This document shows, piece by piece, positions 37,664-52,000 of a DNA stretch of 64,000 nucleotides. Source of the stretch: Paraspadella gotoi (lineage: Eukaryota > Animalia > Chaetognatha); the NCBI GenBank assembly GCA_051294375.1, contig CM119263.1:23524762-23588761 (forward strand). The letters are read 5' to 3'. Both the position numbers and the translations under genes were made by a program. How positions within the stretch are numbered: position 1 is the first letter of the stretch; every line of letters starts with the position of its first letter. The notes under the pieces were generated by a model, which saw nothing but the letters and a program-made list of their open reading frames with translations, was not told the DNA's origin and did not search any database.

Positions 37664-38798
37664 TCTCCTCTCAGCTCACTCTTCTCTCTCTCTCGCGCTC
37701 TTCTCTCTCTCCTCTCACGTCTCTCCTCTCCCATGCTGGTCCTCCCCGTTCTTGCTCCGCGGCTCATGCTCCCCTCCTGCGCGGCACGCACCTGCCGTCC
37801 TGCGCTGGTCCCGGGCTTTGTTTTTTTTTTGCTTCATCTCGCGTCTCTCTCTCTCTCTCTCTCACTCTTCTCTTCTCTCTCATGTCTCTCATCTCTCTCT
37901 CTCCTTCTCCTCTCTCCTTCTCTTTCTCCCCTCCCTCCATCTTCCATCTCTCCCTCCTCTTCTTCTTTGATCGAGCGAATGATTGATGACGCACCTCCAC
38001 CGGACTCTGACCCTCGCTATTGACTTTTTGTTCCAAATCAATTTCGAAACAAAACTCCCTCCTCCTCCTCCTCGCTCCTCCCCTCCTCCTCTCTCCCCCG
38101 ACTGGTGAAATCTAAACGTTAACACCTCGAGATTTTCGTCCATCTGTCCCCTCGCCCAAGAATGAAACCTGCTCTCGTCCTCGAATCTATCCTGTGAATT
38201 ATATCATTACATTGTAAAAGTAAAATTTTTTCTATAATTTTAACAAACAAACAATACAATGTCCGGTTCTGCCTCGATAAGTACAGTAATCAGCTAATCA
38301 GATGATCCTTCCAAGTCTCGCCTCACCATCATTCAATAACACCATCGCCGCAACAGTCACTCCCCCTCTACCTCCTCGGCCATCACACTTCACCGCCTCC
38401 GCAACAACCGCCACGGCCACGTCTACCGCCAGTCCCGCCACCGCTTTCTGCCTCCCGGTCCCCACCTCGCCGTCAGAGCCTTCCGTCACCGTACCTCGTT
38501 CGCGAAATATCTAATTGAAAAAATGTTTCCCGGTTATAACTTGCCGGATCAGCGTCGTCTCTCTCGCTCTCTCTTCTTGCCGTCTCATCTCTTCTCGCCT
38601 TCCCTCTAATACTTTAAAAGTCGGGTGCCGTGAGATTTGCCGTTTTAAATTGAAACCGCGCCAAAATAAGGCAAAAGGGGAAAAAAAATAATTCCGATGT
38701 TTCCAGGTCTTTCCTTAGCGGAAGATGAGAGCGAGAGATACGAGAGAGAGAGAGGAGAGAGAGAGAGGAGAGAGGGAGAGAAAAGAGAGAGAGAGGAG

Positions 38799-38829
<31 letters not shown>

Positions 38830-41800
38830 CTAAAAACGAGGAAGACATAAAAAAATTCCTCAACGAAATTGGAATGAATTTTCTTCTTTAACTCGTTCGA
38901 GTTTTCGTCATTAAGTTTTGGATGCAATCGTGAATTGGGGCGTTTTTTTTGTTTAGTGTGAAGGTGGGGCGAGGTGAGGGGGCCGTGGCGTCTGCTGGGG
39001 GTGAGGTGAAGAGAGGAGGGTGAGTCGATTCAGACCGGAAGATGGGGTAAGGACTAAAGGAGAACGAACAGCAGTAGCTGTATCGTTTTGCTTAAAGGGA
39101 GCTAATACAATGATTCAACATCAAATTTTGAAAATTGGGCCACATAAATAACTTTCATGTTTATTTTGATTATTAATAAATGATTAATCATTCCTTTTAT
39201 CATTTTTGAATGGTAATCGTATGCGATGTTCTTCTGTTGAATTGCCAATTTTCACCTGACGTGCAATTCAGGTAGCATACGCCATCTTTCTGTTCTTCCG
39301 TCAGCGAGATACATCTTTTGGTAATCATTATGTCTCTCTCGAAACATTAACGACGCTCTCCCTCGTCGTCTCTCTCTCGTCTTTCTCTCGCTCATCCCTC
39401 TCATCTCGTCTTCTCTCTCTCCTCTCTCCTCTCTCGATCCAATCTCGATCAATTCAAGTCTCTGGATCCCAAAAACCTAAACATCTTACAAATTCCGCGG
39501 CCTTCTCTCCTCCGCTCAAAATAATTTATGTTTTTCTTCGCGTTGGCGCCAAAATTCAACGTGGATGCGGATTCCATTTCAAAGGCGGGAGGAGGAAGGG
39601 GCGGAGGAAGAGGAAAGAAAAATAGAAAGGAGGCGGGAATAAAGAAGGGATGTAAAAGAACCAAGTGTGAGCTAAAGTGAGAGTGGAAGAGATAATAAAA
39701 AGGAAAAGGCGAGTTTGAAATTTTACATGGGTCAAAAAAAAGGAATCATTTTAATTGGAACAACCGCTTAATACCCAAACTTTTGCATGGCCGAGATGTT
39801 TAACCTTACACCATCCCGCTTTCCTTATCTCCTTTCCCTCCCTCTTTATTCTTTTTCTTTCTACATTCTCCTTTTTTTCCCTCTCCACCGTCCCTCAACT
39901 CCTTTCCTTCTCTTCTTTCCTCGACGTATGACGTATGATTGGCGGCAAAACCCGCGCATGCGCCTCTCTCCTTTTTTTTCTGCCCCTCTCTTTCCTTTTT
40001 ATCTGTCCTTCCTCATTTCTTCCTCCGGTTTCTTCCTTCAAATTTTCCTTCACCGTCCATCTATTTTCTCCTCTTTTTTTTTCATGAGCGAAAGTTTAAT
40101 TCCAAAAATTTAGTTTTCTATTCCATTGGTTGATATTTTTAGTTTTCATCGTTATCTGTTTTACCATTTCCTCGCTGCCATCTCCTCCCATCTCCTCCCA
40201 TCTGCTAACATCCATTCCCATCTCTTTCTCCCACCCATCCTTTCCTTTCCCGCTCTCTCCACCGGTCGGCCTTCCAAAATTGGCATCTCCTCTTCGCACC
40301 TGCGGTCGTCTTTTCCGTCGCCGCTGGCACCTGGCCACCGACCGAGACTCCGCTCGCGCCCATCGGGGAACGCCCATTCCAACTTTACCCGCCCACCTTC
40401 TGGGAACACCCCCTTCCTACTTTCGAGGGCTCCTATGCGAATAGGCTCCCCGGTGACCTCTTTCTCCGTTAGTCGAGTCTGGATCTCTCGTCCAGACGCG
40501 ATACGACGGGCGCCGTCGCTTCCGAGTTTCGTGTACCCTTTCACGAGCGATTCCTAGTCAGCGCCCGTTATCTCTCCCAACCTGTCGGCATTCTGTTGTA
40601 AATCTGTTTAGCTTTGATTTTGCGGGAAATTTTATACTAAATAGCCTTATACGTCTTTGAAATGACAATAATTGTTGCCAAAAAGACAACAGCATATTCA
40701 ATTATTCTTCTCTCGCTATTTCAGATATAATTCAACGTTCAAATCGTTAAAAAAAAAAAAAAAAAAAACTGGACTTTTTTTTCGTTAAGAGAGACGTGAC
40801 CACGATATCGTTGACAAAAACAAAGAAAACGACGACAAAGGCGATATTATTACCTGTAAAGATGACAACGGTAAAGGCAAAGACGATGGCGTCGACTAAT
40901 GTGGTCAAATCGGCGTTGACGCGAACGGGCACGAAGATGGTCACAACTGCGTCAGGGACGACGACGCTGACTAAGACGACGACGAGGCTGACAACGACGA
41001 CGACGACCGGAAATGGACCCGGAATCGATTTCGCGTCTCGCGATTAACGTCGATGAGACGCCGGACGATTGCGGGGAGGAAGGGAGGAAAGGAAATGAGG
41101 AAAATAGGGAGGGAGGAGGAAGGAAGGGAGGAAAGGAAATGAGATGGGAGGGAGGAGGAAGGAAGGAAAGGGGAAGAAAGAATTTAAAAAGGGATGAAAT
41201 AGAGGAATAATAGAAGGAATGATAAAAAGGAAAGAAGTAAGAAGAAGGAGGAAGGAAGAAGGAAGAGGAAGAAGGAAGGAAGTAGGAAGAAGAAGAAGAA
41301 TGGAAAGAGTGTATTCGAAGGTTTTTATAATATATAGCTGGGATCCAAGTAAAAAATGTAGAAAAGAAAAGTTAAAGAGCGCTTTAGTCTCATAAATAGA
41401 ATATGAGAAACAGAGAGCGAAGAGGTTTGATTACGTTCGAGTTGAAGAAGGCAATTGAACAGTCACACGAACGATTAAACATACAAGATGACGCTGAGGA
41501 TTTCTAGTCATCGCTAATAAGGGGGTAAGAGAGGGTTAAACCGGAAAGGAGAGAGAGAGTAAATGACGGAAGATGGAAAGAGACGAGAGGGGAGAAGAGA
41601 GAGAGAAAGAAACGAAGAGAGGAGGGAAAGAGAGAGAGAGATGAGAGAGAGAGAGTAGAGAGAGAGACGGAGAGCGAGAGGAGAGGGAGGAGAGAGAGAG
41701 AGAGAGAGACGAGAGACAACAAAAATAATAGGATAAGTGCATTGAGAAGTGAAAAAGCAAAAAAGTACTCGAACGAAAAGAAAGGAGAAACGAGGAGAGC

Positions 41801-43199
41801 GAGAGCGTGAAATTAATCTTTCGCATCGAACGAGAGACCTCGATCGCGTCGTCGTCCATTTGCCTTTCAGACTGAAAATGTAAATCGATTTATTTTATCA
41901 GTTTCTGCGGAGAGTGAATCTAATGTTTGTGGCATCTATACTGATTTGAAAATTCGCGAAAAGTAAAAAGTAAAAAATTCCATGATTTCGGGATGGCTCT
42001 CTCTCTCTTCTCTCTCTCTTTTTATATATATATATATGCTCTCTTATCAACGGCAGGAAACGCCCCGCGCTATCATTGAGTCTATGAGCCATTGAGTGTC
42101 TGGCGTGTTCTCTCATCTCTGCTCTCTCTCTACTCCTCGTCTCTGGTCTCTTCTTTCTTCTCAGTCTCTGCGTTGCTCGTCGTCTCTATCGGTTCTCGGC
42201 AGCAAAAACATGCATTACATCGCATGAACCGTTTCCAATAATACTCCAGAAATCCATTAACCGAAAACCCCATTCAATCCGCACTCCTCTTCCTCTTCCT
42301 CCTCCGCTCTTGATCTTTCCTCCGTATTTTGATTACTCTCTTCTTCCTTCTTGCTTCTTTATCTTTCTTCTTCTTTCTTTTCCTTGATTCTATAAAATCC
42401 TTTACTTCGTCACTCCTCTTCATACGTGCAACTAATCCTTTGTCATCTTTCGACTTAACTTTCCGCGATCGCTATCTCGAAAGGTTATGCCTGAACATAC
42501 ATTTTTCCATTAGAATTTCTTGTCTATCTTTTCCCTTTTTTATTATTCCGTCCCTTTGTGCATCCAACAGCTTTCCATTCAATTTAAGAATTAATGATGA
42601 CATTCTGCCCTGTCATTCTTTCTTCTTTTTTTCATTCCTTTAATGCATAAATTGATTTTTCTTGTCCAGTGCCCCCACTTGCTTTTTCATCATAATCCCT
42701 TTGTCCACTTCTCCCTCCTCTTTGTCATCTCTCTGCTTCTCATTATATGTTCATTGGTCAATTCTTAACTTCATCGGTGTTCTCCTTCCCTTCGTCATCG
42801 TCCTCCTGCGATTTAAATAAATAATACTCTCTCTTTAAAAAAAATTATGAGCGGGCGATGATATATTTAAGACTGGTGGAAGTTTTCTTGCGAGGACTTA
42901 ACGCCCCTGAGAGAAAAAAAAATGGGGGGTACGGGTGATTATGACTGGGCGTGTTGTAGGGAACGAGCTCTCGTGAATTGGTGGGCTGGGATGAAAAGTG
43001 GAAACCGTTCGTTGTGGTCCGTGAGTAAAGCTGTAAGAGAGAGATCTGTTGGATTGGAAGACAGCAAAGGGACTGGTGATATTTGTGTTTTATTTAAGAA
43101 AAGAAAAATCTGTGTTTGAACGAATACGGTTTATAATACGTGGTGTTAAGGCGAAACCTGTTCTAATTGTGAAGATAGGTTCAGCTGATCGAAGGTTTT

Positions 43200-43950
43200 T
43201 ATTGTTGAAAGACTGATTGAACACTGAAGCAGCTGAAGAGTAGACGCGGAGCTAGTTGGTTTTCTTGACGTAGTTAACTGTTTCGATTGCTGTTCCACTC
43301 CTGTGCTTCGGAAATCATACCCTTCGGTGACGTTCCATCACTATTAAAGAGAGCGACTCATTGTAGTCGAGTCATATGGTTGCGTTGTTGATTACGCGCG
43401 TTCATAAGAGTTGCGTGCGGGTGTTGTGGATCGTTCGTTGTGTCATGAGGGTCGTATTTTCGTCGTCATTCTTTGAAATTTTTCCGTAAAAGTGGATCGT
43501 GAATTCGTGGGCGACGTTTTCGGAGAGCTTGTTTCGCATTCCATCGCCGACGGAAGAGCCGGGAATGCCGGCCGCAGCCGCGCGCCGTCGCCCGGACGTG
43601 AATCGATGTATTGCGGGAGAGATATGCGGATCATCGACGGTACTGAAGATGATATGACTGCTGAAAAACGTCACCGACTCGACGACGGTGACGACACCGA
43701 CGACGCATACGTTACACGAAGAAGAGGCGAGGGCGACGGTCGATATAGAATGTAGCTACATAATTGCAGAAATTTCGATCGTTGTAGCCGTGGATGTTTT
43801 GCACAATGAGGTCCAAGTGGGATGATGGGAGGCCCCGAAAACGACGGACCTACAGCGGGTTTTTTTTCCTTTTGGCGGGAAGCATCGACGACGACGACCG
43901 AGACGACGACTTGACGACGATACGACGTTAAAGGGGATGGACGACGGACG
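43200..43950 (-). other. Possible long coding exon, S/P/T-rich and frameshifted; duplicated at ~49560-50320
   Basis: Both copies give the same peptides in shifting frames: KRKKPAVGPSFSGPPIIPLG, IRISLP, GDGARL, ETSSP, TEKFQR, DYNESLSLI. No family recognised. Confidence 0.3.
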
Positions 43951-45294
43951 TACATTGATGTGGATTATCAAATATCAATGATAGAATACGAAAAATAATT
44001 AATTTTAAAGATGATATACAAGATATATAGTTGATTATTTGTATGATTAATTTAGAAAATGAAATAGACCTTTGTGTCTAAGACGAAAACAGTATGTTTT
44101 GAGTCAACTTCCCTTTATGTTTAATTGCGACGGAAAGGATTGGCAATTTACGTTTGATAAAGTAATATTCAGCTGTGCAATTATATCGCTTCAAGACGTT
44201 AATGGAGCTTTATTCATTGTCGTTGAGGCGATATTCTCAATTCCCATGATTTTATTTCGATCATAAATTTATTGCTTTGCTGATTGCTCTTTTTTTGCTT
44301 TAATTCGAATTTCGATTTACGAAAAGAATTATGGTCTCTTTCTCTCTCTCTCTCCTCTCTCGTCTCCTCTCTCTCTCTTCTTCTCCTTCTTTTTCTTCTG
44401 ATCTCTCTTCGATTTAGTATTAATCTCTGTGCATATCTGACTAGTACCTTTTTTTATTACTCTCGCAAGGATCTCTCAATCGTTCTCCTCCCAACATCAA
44501 TCTCATCTTTCATTCTCCTCTTTTTCTTCTCTCCTGCCTCTCAAATAATTAATGGAAATTACAACCATTATTCCATTATCCGAGGAGAAACACTCGAGAA
44601 CGGTTAACATAATCGTGTTTTTTTTCCCTTTCTTTCTCTCCCCTCCGCCTCCTTCCTCTCTAATCTCTCGCTCTCACTCTCGCTCCTTTCTTCCTCTGAT
44701 TTAACTTCCTTGGAAAACTCGACGTTGGACGTGAGTTTGATCATGCGTTTCAGCTTAAACAGAAAAAAAACACTGAAGAATTCGAAAGCCTTGCGCTTAG
44801 TTTTCGTTCTCAATTTTTTGCTTTTTTCTTTCTCTTGTTTGTTTATATTTACTATCTACTAAAAGTTATATCCTTCGTGATTTAAAATCTATAAAAGCCA
44901 AACATTCAACTGTCGCAATCGACGCCGCAAGGATACAATGACATGCACTGCGCGAGACTTTCCTCTGCCATTGAAGGTGGTTTCTTTTGTTAAAATGCGA
45001 CCATTTAAAAAATTGAAAAGGAAACGTGAGCAGTAGTATTCATTCGTATTTCAATTTTAAATGAGTTACACGGATATATCTTAAGAGAGAATGTCAAAGA
45101 AAGGCAACCTCATCGAAAAAAAAACCCTCAAAAACATGGCCGTTTCCATCAATGAGGCCCGGGTCGAGTTTCGTCGAGCGCGGGGACGCGGACGCATAGA
45201 GACACGACACGAAAAGGTCATCGCGGGAATCGCGGATTTATGCTAACATCTCAAGAAGCATTTTTTTTTTCTGGAGGAGAAAGGGAAAAGAAGG

Positions 45295-45321
45295 TAGAGA
45301 GAGAGAGAGAGAGAGGGAGAG

Positions 45322-45404
<83 letters not shown>

Positions 45405-45414
45405 AAGAGAGAGA
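45295..45414. repeat. (AG)n microsatellite
   Basis: Long near-perfect AG run; a shorter degenerate counterpart lies at ~51600-51685. Confidence 0.95.
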
Positions 45415-45674
45415 ATTTCCCGACGGCGCGGGCATAGCTCCCGATGATCCCCTCGACGTCGCGGCCAATCTTCGATCCGCCAGAAGAGATGGAAACCTTT
45501 GTTTACGCTTACCATCGCTAGGTTCGATTTCGAAAATGGCGTCTTGGACCTTTATGAGGCTAAAAAAAAAAAAAAAGCAGACTACCCAGTTTGAAATGGG
45601 AAAGGTGAAAGTTGACTTTTATTCTCTCTTCTCTCGTCTGCTCTCTCTCTCTCTCTGCTCTCTTCTCTCTCTCG

Positions 45675-45716
<42 letters not shown>

Positions 45717-48045
45717 CGCCACTTTCCCCTCCGACCCGCAAAAAATACCATCTAAATGATAACCCGCTTTTATTTCTTCGATATTTCGAGGCGACGCCCG
45801 TCGTTTGGCCAAACAAAATGTGGTTTTATGCAGATGTCCGCCCCTTTTCATTCGCCTCTCTCCAAAACTCGCGTGCGCCCTCCCCCCCCAGCGCGCCAGC
45901 ATTGCTCGTCTTGACGCGCAGTTAACCTTTTCCCGTCGCACGCTGCCGGATGACGACGACGACCACGAGACGACGACGACAACAACGAAGTCTGGCGGCG
46001 GCGGCGTCGCATGAGCCAGCCGCCGGACATCCAACCCTCTCCAGCTTTCCTTACCTCAGCCCCTTGTAGCCTGCCTACCCGCTTTTGACGCGCCGACGTG
46101 CGACGACGCGTCCGTAATGACAGCCTATTATTGATAATAAAGAATTAATCTAGATCGTCGTCGTCGTCGTCGTCCATCGTCTACGCGATGGGCCGACCGG
46201 ATTCGGCGCACGAGATCCGACGGCCGGACGAACGCGACCGAAATCAAACAAAATGGCCGTTTTATATTATTATTTTGTATATTTTTGGCCGCGAGATTGT
46301 CGCTAACACGAAAGAGGACGCGCGAGCTGGGTTTTTTTTTCCTCCTCCAGATGCGATGACGTGATCGGAGAAGCGGTCAAAGACAAAAAAAGGGAAACCG
46401 AAGCACTCATGGAATCGAGGCTGGGATGAGATAATATGGTAAGTAACCATTAGGAGGAGAATTTGGAAGACAGAAGTTAGAAGAACAAGGTATAATATAA
46501 ACAGTTGGTATGTATTATTCTTTAAAAAAAATAAATAAATAAAAGGTGCCTTATCTCTCAAGAAGTTCCAAATTCTCCGTCTCGTTTGTGGCCGAAAGAG
46601 CGGAAGAGCAAAAGCGCCCTCGGAATCCAAAGCAGCAGAAGCGACGCGACCATACAGATAATTGCTCCCCCAAAAAATCGGCCATTAAAGTCGGGGAAAA
46701 CAGCGGGCAAAGAAACGGCCGAAGAAGCGGTCTCGAGTCTTGAACGCATTCAAAAGAAGCGACGACGACGATCCCGCCAAAGCGGCGAAAGCGGCGCCAA
46801 AAGGCGGCGCCGAAAGCGGCGGCGATGGGCATGGAAGGCGGGGAGGTTATAATGAGGATAATCATGCGATCATCTAGGTGTGGAGGGTGATGAGGAAGGG
46901 TGAAGGGGGCGACGGTGCTGCTGAATGGGGCAAGAGGAGGAGAAGGATGGCGAAATGATAATTAATAGAATAAACGGTGGGGTTGGCACAGACATCTGAG
47001 GCCAACAGTCAAACGGTTGAGCTTTTTGTGGAGTCGTTGTATTGCGCGGGCGAATCGTGACGTTTCACTTCCATCTGAAGGGATCAAGATTCGCGCTTTT
47101 GTGACCGTTGCTTAATTTGAGACCTATATTTGATAAAGCTTGAAGCATTGAAAAACGTTTTAAAAGGGTTTTTTTTACTTCGCAATTTAATTTTTTCGTT
47201 GCTGTTCATATTAATAAAAATCCAGCACAGTTACTAAATTTTTCTGTAAACTTTTCCTTTTTCATTTTAGCAAAAAAAACCAAAAAACATGAAAAAGAAT
47301 TTCTTCTTTTTCGCCAAATTCCGACGATTCACCCACCACCATTCCGCCAAAGGCTCGTGTTAAAGTTCACTCAAAGATCCTCGTGATTCATTCACCGCCA
47401 ATCCGGTTGAGACCTGGGAATTTAAGTCGGGCGCGTGATTCCTTGATTCGACTTCGGATTCGCATTCGCGCGTCCAGCGTCACGTTTTTTCTCCGCGCCG
47501 ATTTTCTTCTCCGTGGACGGGCCGCGCGCACGCCTTTTTATTTTCGGGAAATTCACGGATGTCGTTCATGAAGGGAGAGAATCCAATGATTTTTTTTATG
47601 TCAGGTCTCCGACAAAAAAGTCGTAAATTCGATGCGCAGTGTGAGATTCCTTTTTTTTTTAAATTGTTACTGAGGGCCGCGGGTGAAACATTTAAAAGCA
47701 TATTAATTGGGCAAAATTGCGATATAATCTTCAAAAACAAAAAAAAATTAGCTCTTTGTCAAATTCGGCCTTTGAACAAAATCACGTGGACGAGGACGAG
47801 TTACACGAGGTTCGCACTCTTTGCATTCTATAGAGAACAACGATTCCTCGCTAGTGATTTATGTTTTATCCTCACTGCGGTTGTCCTTATTTTTTAATCC
47901 TCACTATGTTCCTTTAGTTCGCCCGCTTGAGTTCTAAAAGGAATCCGATTGTCCTTCTGAAGAGATCTCAGCCCGAAGCGATCGCGAGCCACATTTTGAG
48001 AGAAATAATCCTCTTTACGAAACGCGGCGCCGAATTTACCTTCCG

Positions 48046-48097
48046 AGGAGAGGAGAGAAGACGAGAGGAGAGAGAGATGAGGATAGAGAGAGAGAGA

Positions 48098-48178
<81 letters not shown>

Positions 48179-48196
48179 AGAGAGAGAGCTAGAGAG
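48046..48196. repeat. (AG)n microsatellite
   Basis: Direct reading; counterpart at ~54325-54490. Confidence 0.95.
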
Positions 48197-49045
48197 TCGT
48201 TATTTAGTTTTCGAAAGATCTTTTATAAACCTTCCATTTTACCATTCCATTTAGTTCTTATAGCCTTCTCACTCTTCATTGCTTCTCACACCTCCTTCGC
48301 TTCAACCCGAACATCATGACGATCATCACTTCAACTGCCTCAAAAGCACCGATTCCTGTCGACTCGCCCACCCCCTACCCAACCTCGCTCCCACTTCGAA
48401 GGTCCATTAAACGCTCCTCCCTTCCATCGGATATTGAAATATCCAAGAGTGAGGGGGTGCTCCCGCGGTCTAATGTCGCCGCCGTATCAAGTAGAGAGCA
48501 TCGCCAATGATATACGGGGAAATGAGGGCGCGGGGATTGGGAAGGCGCGGTGTTGAGAGGAGAAGAAGGGACGTCTAGAAAAAGCACAGAAAGTATTAGA
48601 GAGGTAGCGACTTTGGGGTTGCATTTAAGTGTGAACAACTGAATACATAGTTTGAAATTTAAGAAGTGAACACTCTAGTTTATTGTGGTGTTCAACTAGG
48701 CGGTTATAACGAAACGGCACTGAAATCACGAAGCAAAAGGGGAGAATATTGATCAAATAATGTGTTAGATTTTAAGAAATAAATGGTCATTTGTTTTATA
48801 AATATGTTACATCATTTTGTCATTTTCGTCACTAGATCACGTGAAAGATTCGTATTTACTAACAAAAACATATATATAATGTTGTCCTAAAACTAACATT
48901 TGTCTTCCCTTCGAATCGTCTCCCTTCGCCGAAAGGTCGAGAAACCTCGATTCAGTGAAAAAAAGAGGCCGACGAGACAGAGACGAACGTGGNNNNNNNN
49001 NNNNNNNNNNNNNNNNNACAAGAGAGCAGATTGCCTTGTCTCATC

Positions 49046-52000
49046 TCCCTTGTCCACTTCTCCCTCCTCTTTGTCATCCTCTGCTTCTCATTATTCTATT
49101 GGTCAATTCTTAACTTCATCGATGTTTCCTCCTTCCCCTTCGTCATCGTTCCTCCTGCGATTTAAATAAAAATACTTCTTTAAATAAAAATTATGAGCGG
49201 GCGAATTATATATTAAGACTGGTGGAAGCTTGTTCCTGTGCGAGACTTAACGCCCCTGGAGAGAAAAAATGAAATGTGGGGGTACGGGTGTTAATTGACT
49301 GGGCTGTGTTTTAGGGAAACGAGGCTCCGTGATTGTGGGCTGGGATGAAAAGGGAACCGTTCGTTGTTGGCCTAGTAAAGCTGATAAGAGAGAGATTCTG
49401 TTTGGATTGAGAAGAAGCAAAGGACTGGTGTATTTGGTTTTATTTAAGAAAAGAAAAATCTGTGTTTGAACGAATACGGTTTATATACGTGGTGTTAAGG
49501 CGAAACCTGTTCTAGATTGTGAAGATGAGTTCAGCGGATCAAGGTTTTGTTTATTTTGAAGACTGATTGAAATTCACTGAAGCACCTGAAGTAGACGCGA
49601 GAGCTAGTTGTTTTCTTGACGTATGTTAACTGTTTCGATAGCTGTATCCCAGCTCCTGTGCTTCTGGAAGATCATACCTTCGGTGACGGTCATCAGCTAT
49701 TAAAGAGAGCGACTCATTGTAGTCGAGGTCATGGTTGGTTTGTGATTACGCGCGTCATAAGAGTGCGTTGCGGTGTTGTGGACGTTCGTTGTCGTCATAG
49801 ATGGTCGTCATTTTCGTCGTCATGTCTTTGAAATTTTTCCGTAATAAGTGGATCGTGAATCGTGGGCGGATCGTTTTCCGGAGAGCTGGTTTCGCCATTC
49901 CATCGGCGCTCGGAAGAGCCGCGAATGCGGCCTGGCAGCCGCGCGCCGTCGCCGGACGTGAATCCGATATGCGGGAGAGATATGCGGATCACGGACGACT
50001 GAAGATGATGCACTGCTGAAAAGACGTCACGACGAGCGCGACGACGTCGACGATCCTACCGACGTACGAGTACGTACAACGAAGAAGAGGCGAGGGCGAC
50101 GGTCGATATAATGTAGCTACAATTGCAGCAAGAATTCGATGCGTTGGAGCCCGGGATGTTTTGACATGAGGCCAAGTGGGATGATTGGGAGGCCCTCGAA
50201 ATAGACGGACCTGTCGAGGTTTTTTTTCCTTTTGTTGCGGGAAGCACGTACGTACGCGACCGAACGACGACTTGACGACGACGCGATTGAGTTACAGGGA
50301 TGGACGACGAACCGACATTGATGTGTATTACAAATATCAATAGAATACGGAATAATCGAAATTTCTAATAAGATATAAAAGATATATTTATTATGTCTGT
50401 ATAGATTAATTAGAGAAATGAAATTAGACTTCATTTGGTCAACGACGATCAACAGTATTTTGTAGTGCAACTCCCTTTATGTTTAATGCGCGACGAAAGG
50501 ACTTGGCAATTATTACGTTTGATAAATAATATCAGTGTGCAATTAATCGCTTCAAAACGTTAATGGAACTTTATTCATTTGTCGTTGAGGCGAATATTCT
50601 CAATCCCCATGATTTTTATTTCGATCATAACTTTATTGCGTTTGTTGGATTGCTCTTTTTTTGCTTTAATTCGCAATTTCGTATTTACGAAAAGAATTAT
50701 GGTCTCTCTTTCTCTCTCTCTGCTTCTCTCTCTCTCTCCTGTCTTCACTCTCGTTGCTTTCTCTTCTTCTGCTTCTCTTTTTTCTCCTGCTCTCTCTTTC
50801 TCCTCCATCTCGTCATCTCACTATCTCTCTCATTTACCATGGCTTCAAATATAATGGAAATTGACAGACCATTATTTCCATTATCGAGGAGGAACTCGAA
50901 GATACGGTTCCCCCACACATACATCTAGTCTTTTTTCCCCTTTTTCTTTCTCTCCCCTCCGCCTCATCTCCTCCTCTCTATCTCTAGCTCAATCACTGCT
51001 CGCGACTCTTGTCTCCTTTTACTCCTTTGGAAACTCTCGACGTTGAAGTTGATATGTTTAGTCTTACCCGTGAAGAAATGATGATGGATCGTGAGATGGA
51101 CGATCGTTCGCTACGAAACCACTGGAACGAAACTTGGAGTTTCGTTCGTCAATTTTTTGCTTTTTTCTTTCTCTGTTGTTGTTTATATTTACTATCTACT
51201 AAAGTTATATCCTTCGTGATTTAAAATCTATAAAAGCCAAACATTCAACTGTCGCAATCGACCCGCAAGGATACAATGACATGCACTCCGAGACTTTCCT
51301 CTGCCATTGAAGGTGGTTTCTTTTGTTAAAATGCGACCATTTAAAAAATTGAAAAGGAAAACCGGTATTTTTCAAATTTTAAATAGAGTTACACGGATAT
51401 ATCTTAAAGAAGAATGTCAAGAAAAGGCAAACCTCATATCGAAAAAAACCCTCACCCCCTGGCCGTTTCCATCAATGAGGCCCGGGTCGAGCTTCGTCGA
51501 CGCGGGGACGCGACGCATAGAGACAGCACGAAAAGGTCATCGCGGGAATCGCGGATTTATGCTAACATCTTCAAGAAGCAATTTTTTTTTCTGGAAGAAG
51601 AGGAAAGGGAAAGAAGAGAGGAGAGAGAGGGGAGAGAGGAGGAGAGAGAGAGAGAGAAGAGAGAAGAGAGAGAGAGAGAGAAGAGATTTCCCGACGGCGC
51701 GGGCCATAGCTCCGGATGATCCCTCGACGTCGCGCGCCAATCTTCGATCCGCCAAGAAATAGAACACTCTTTACCACTTACCATCGCTGAGTGTTCAGAT
51801 TTACAATCGCATCTGGCACCTTTATGAGGCTAAAAAAAAAGCAGACTACCCAGTTTGAAATTGGGAAGAGTTGAAAGTTGACTTTATTCTCTCTCTCTCT
51901 CTCTGCTTCTCATCTCTCTCTCTGTCTTCGTCTTCTCTCGTCTCGTCTCTCTCGTCTCTCTCTCTCTCTCTTCTCTCTCTCTTCTTCTCTCTCTCCTCCC

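Larger units (their letters stand above)
42696..48987 (+). repeat. Copy 1 of a ~6.3-kb direct tandem duplication (probable assembly artefact)
   Basis: Collinear with 49046-55305 from tccctttgtccacttctccctcc through aaaaagaggccgacgaga; differences are mostly 1-2 nt indels. Confidence 0.92.

Noticed and set aside
40796-41047. Thr-rich mucin-like ORF
   Set aside because: Decayed (GAC/AAC)n repeat; no signal peptide or splice support
42960-43110. Minus-strand SLCCLPIQQISLL, resembling the TGF-beta mature-domain CCxP motif
   Set aside because: The duplicate copy (~49380-49430) does not encode the CC, and there is no terminal CxC or other cystine-knot cysteines
30000-47900. Hox/homeobox gene suggested by the TAAT-rich landscape
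   Set aside because: No WFxNxR helix-3 coding sequence found on either strand by eye; it could still be hidden in a gap
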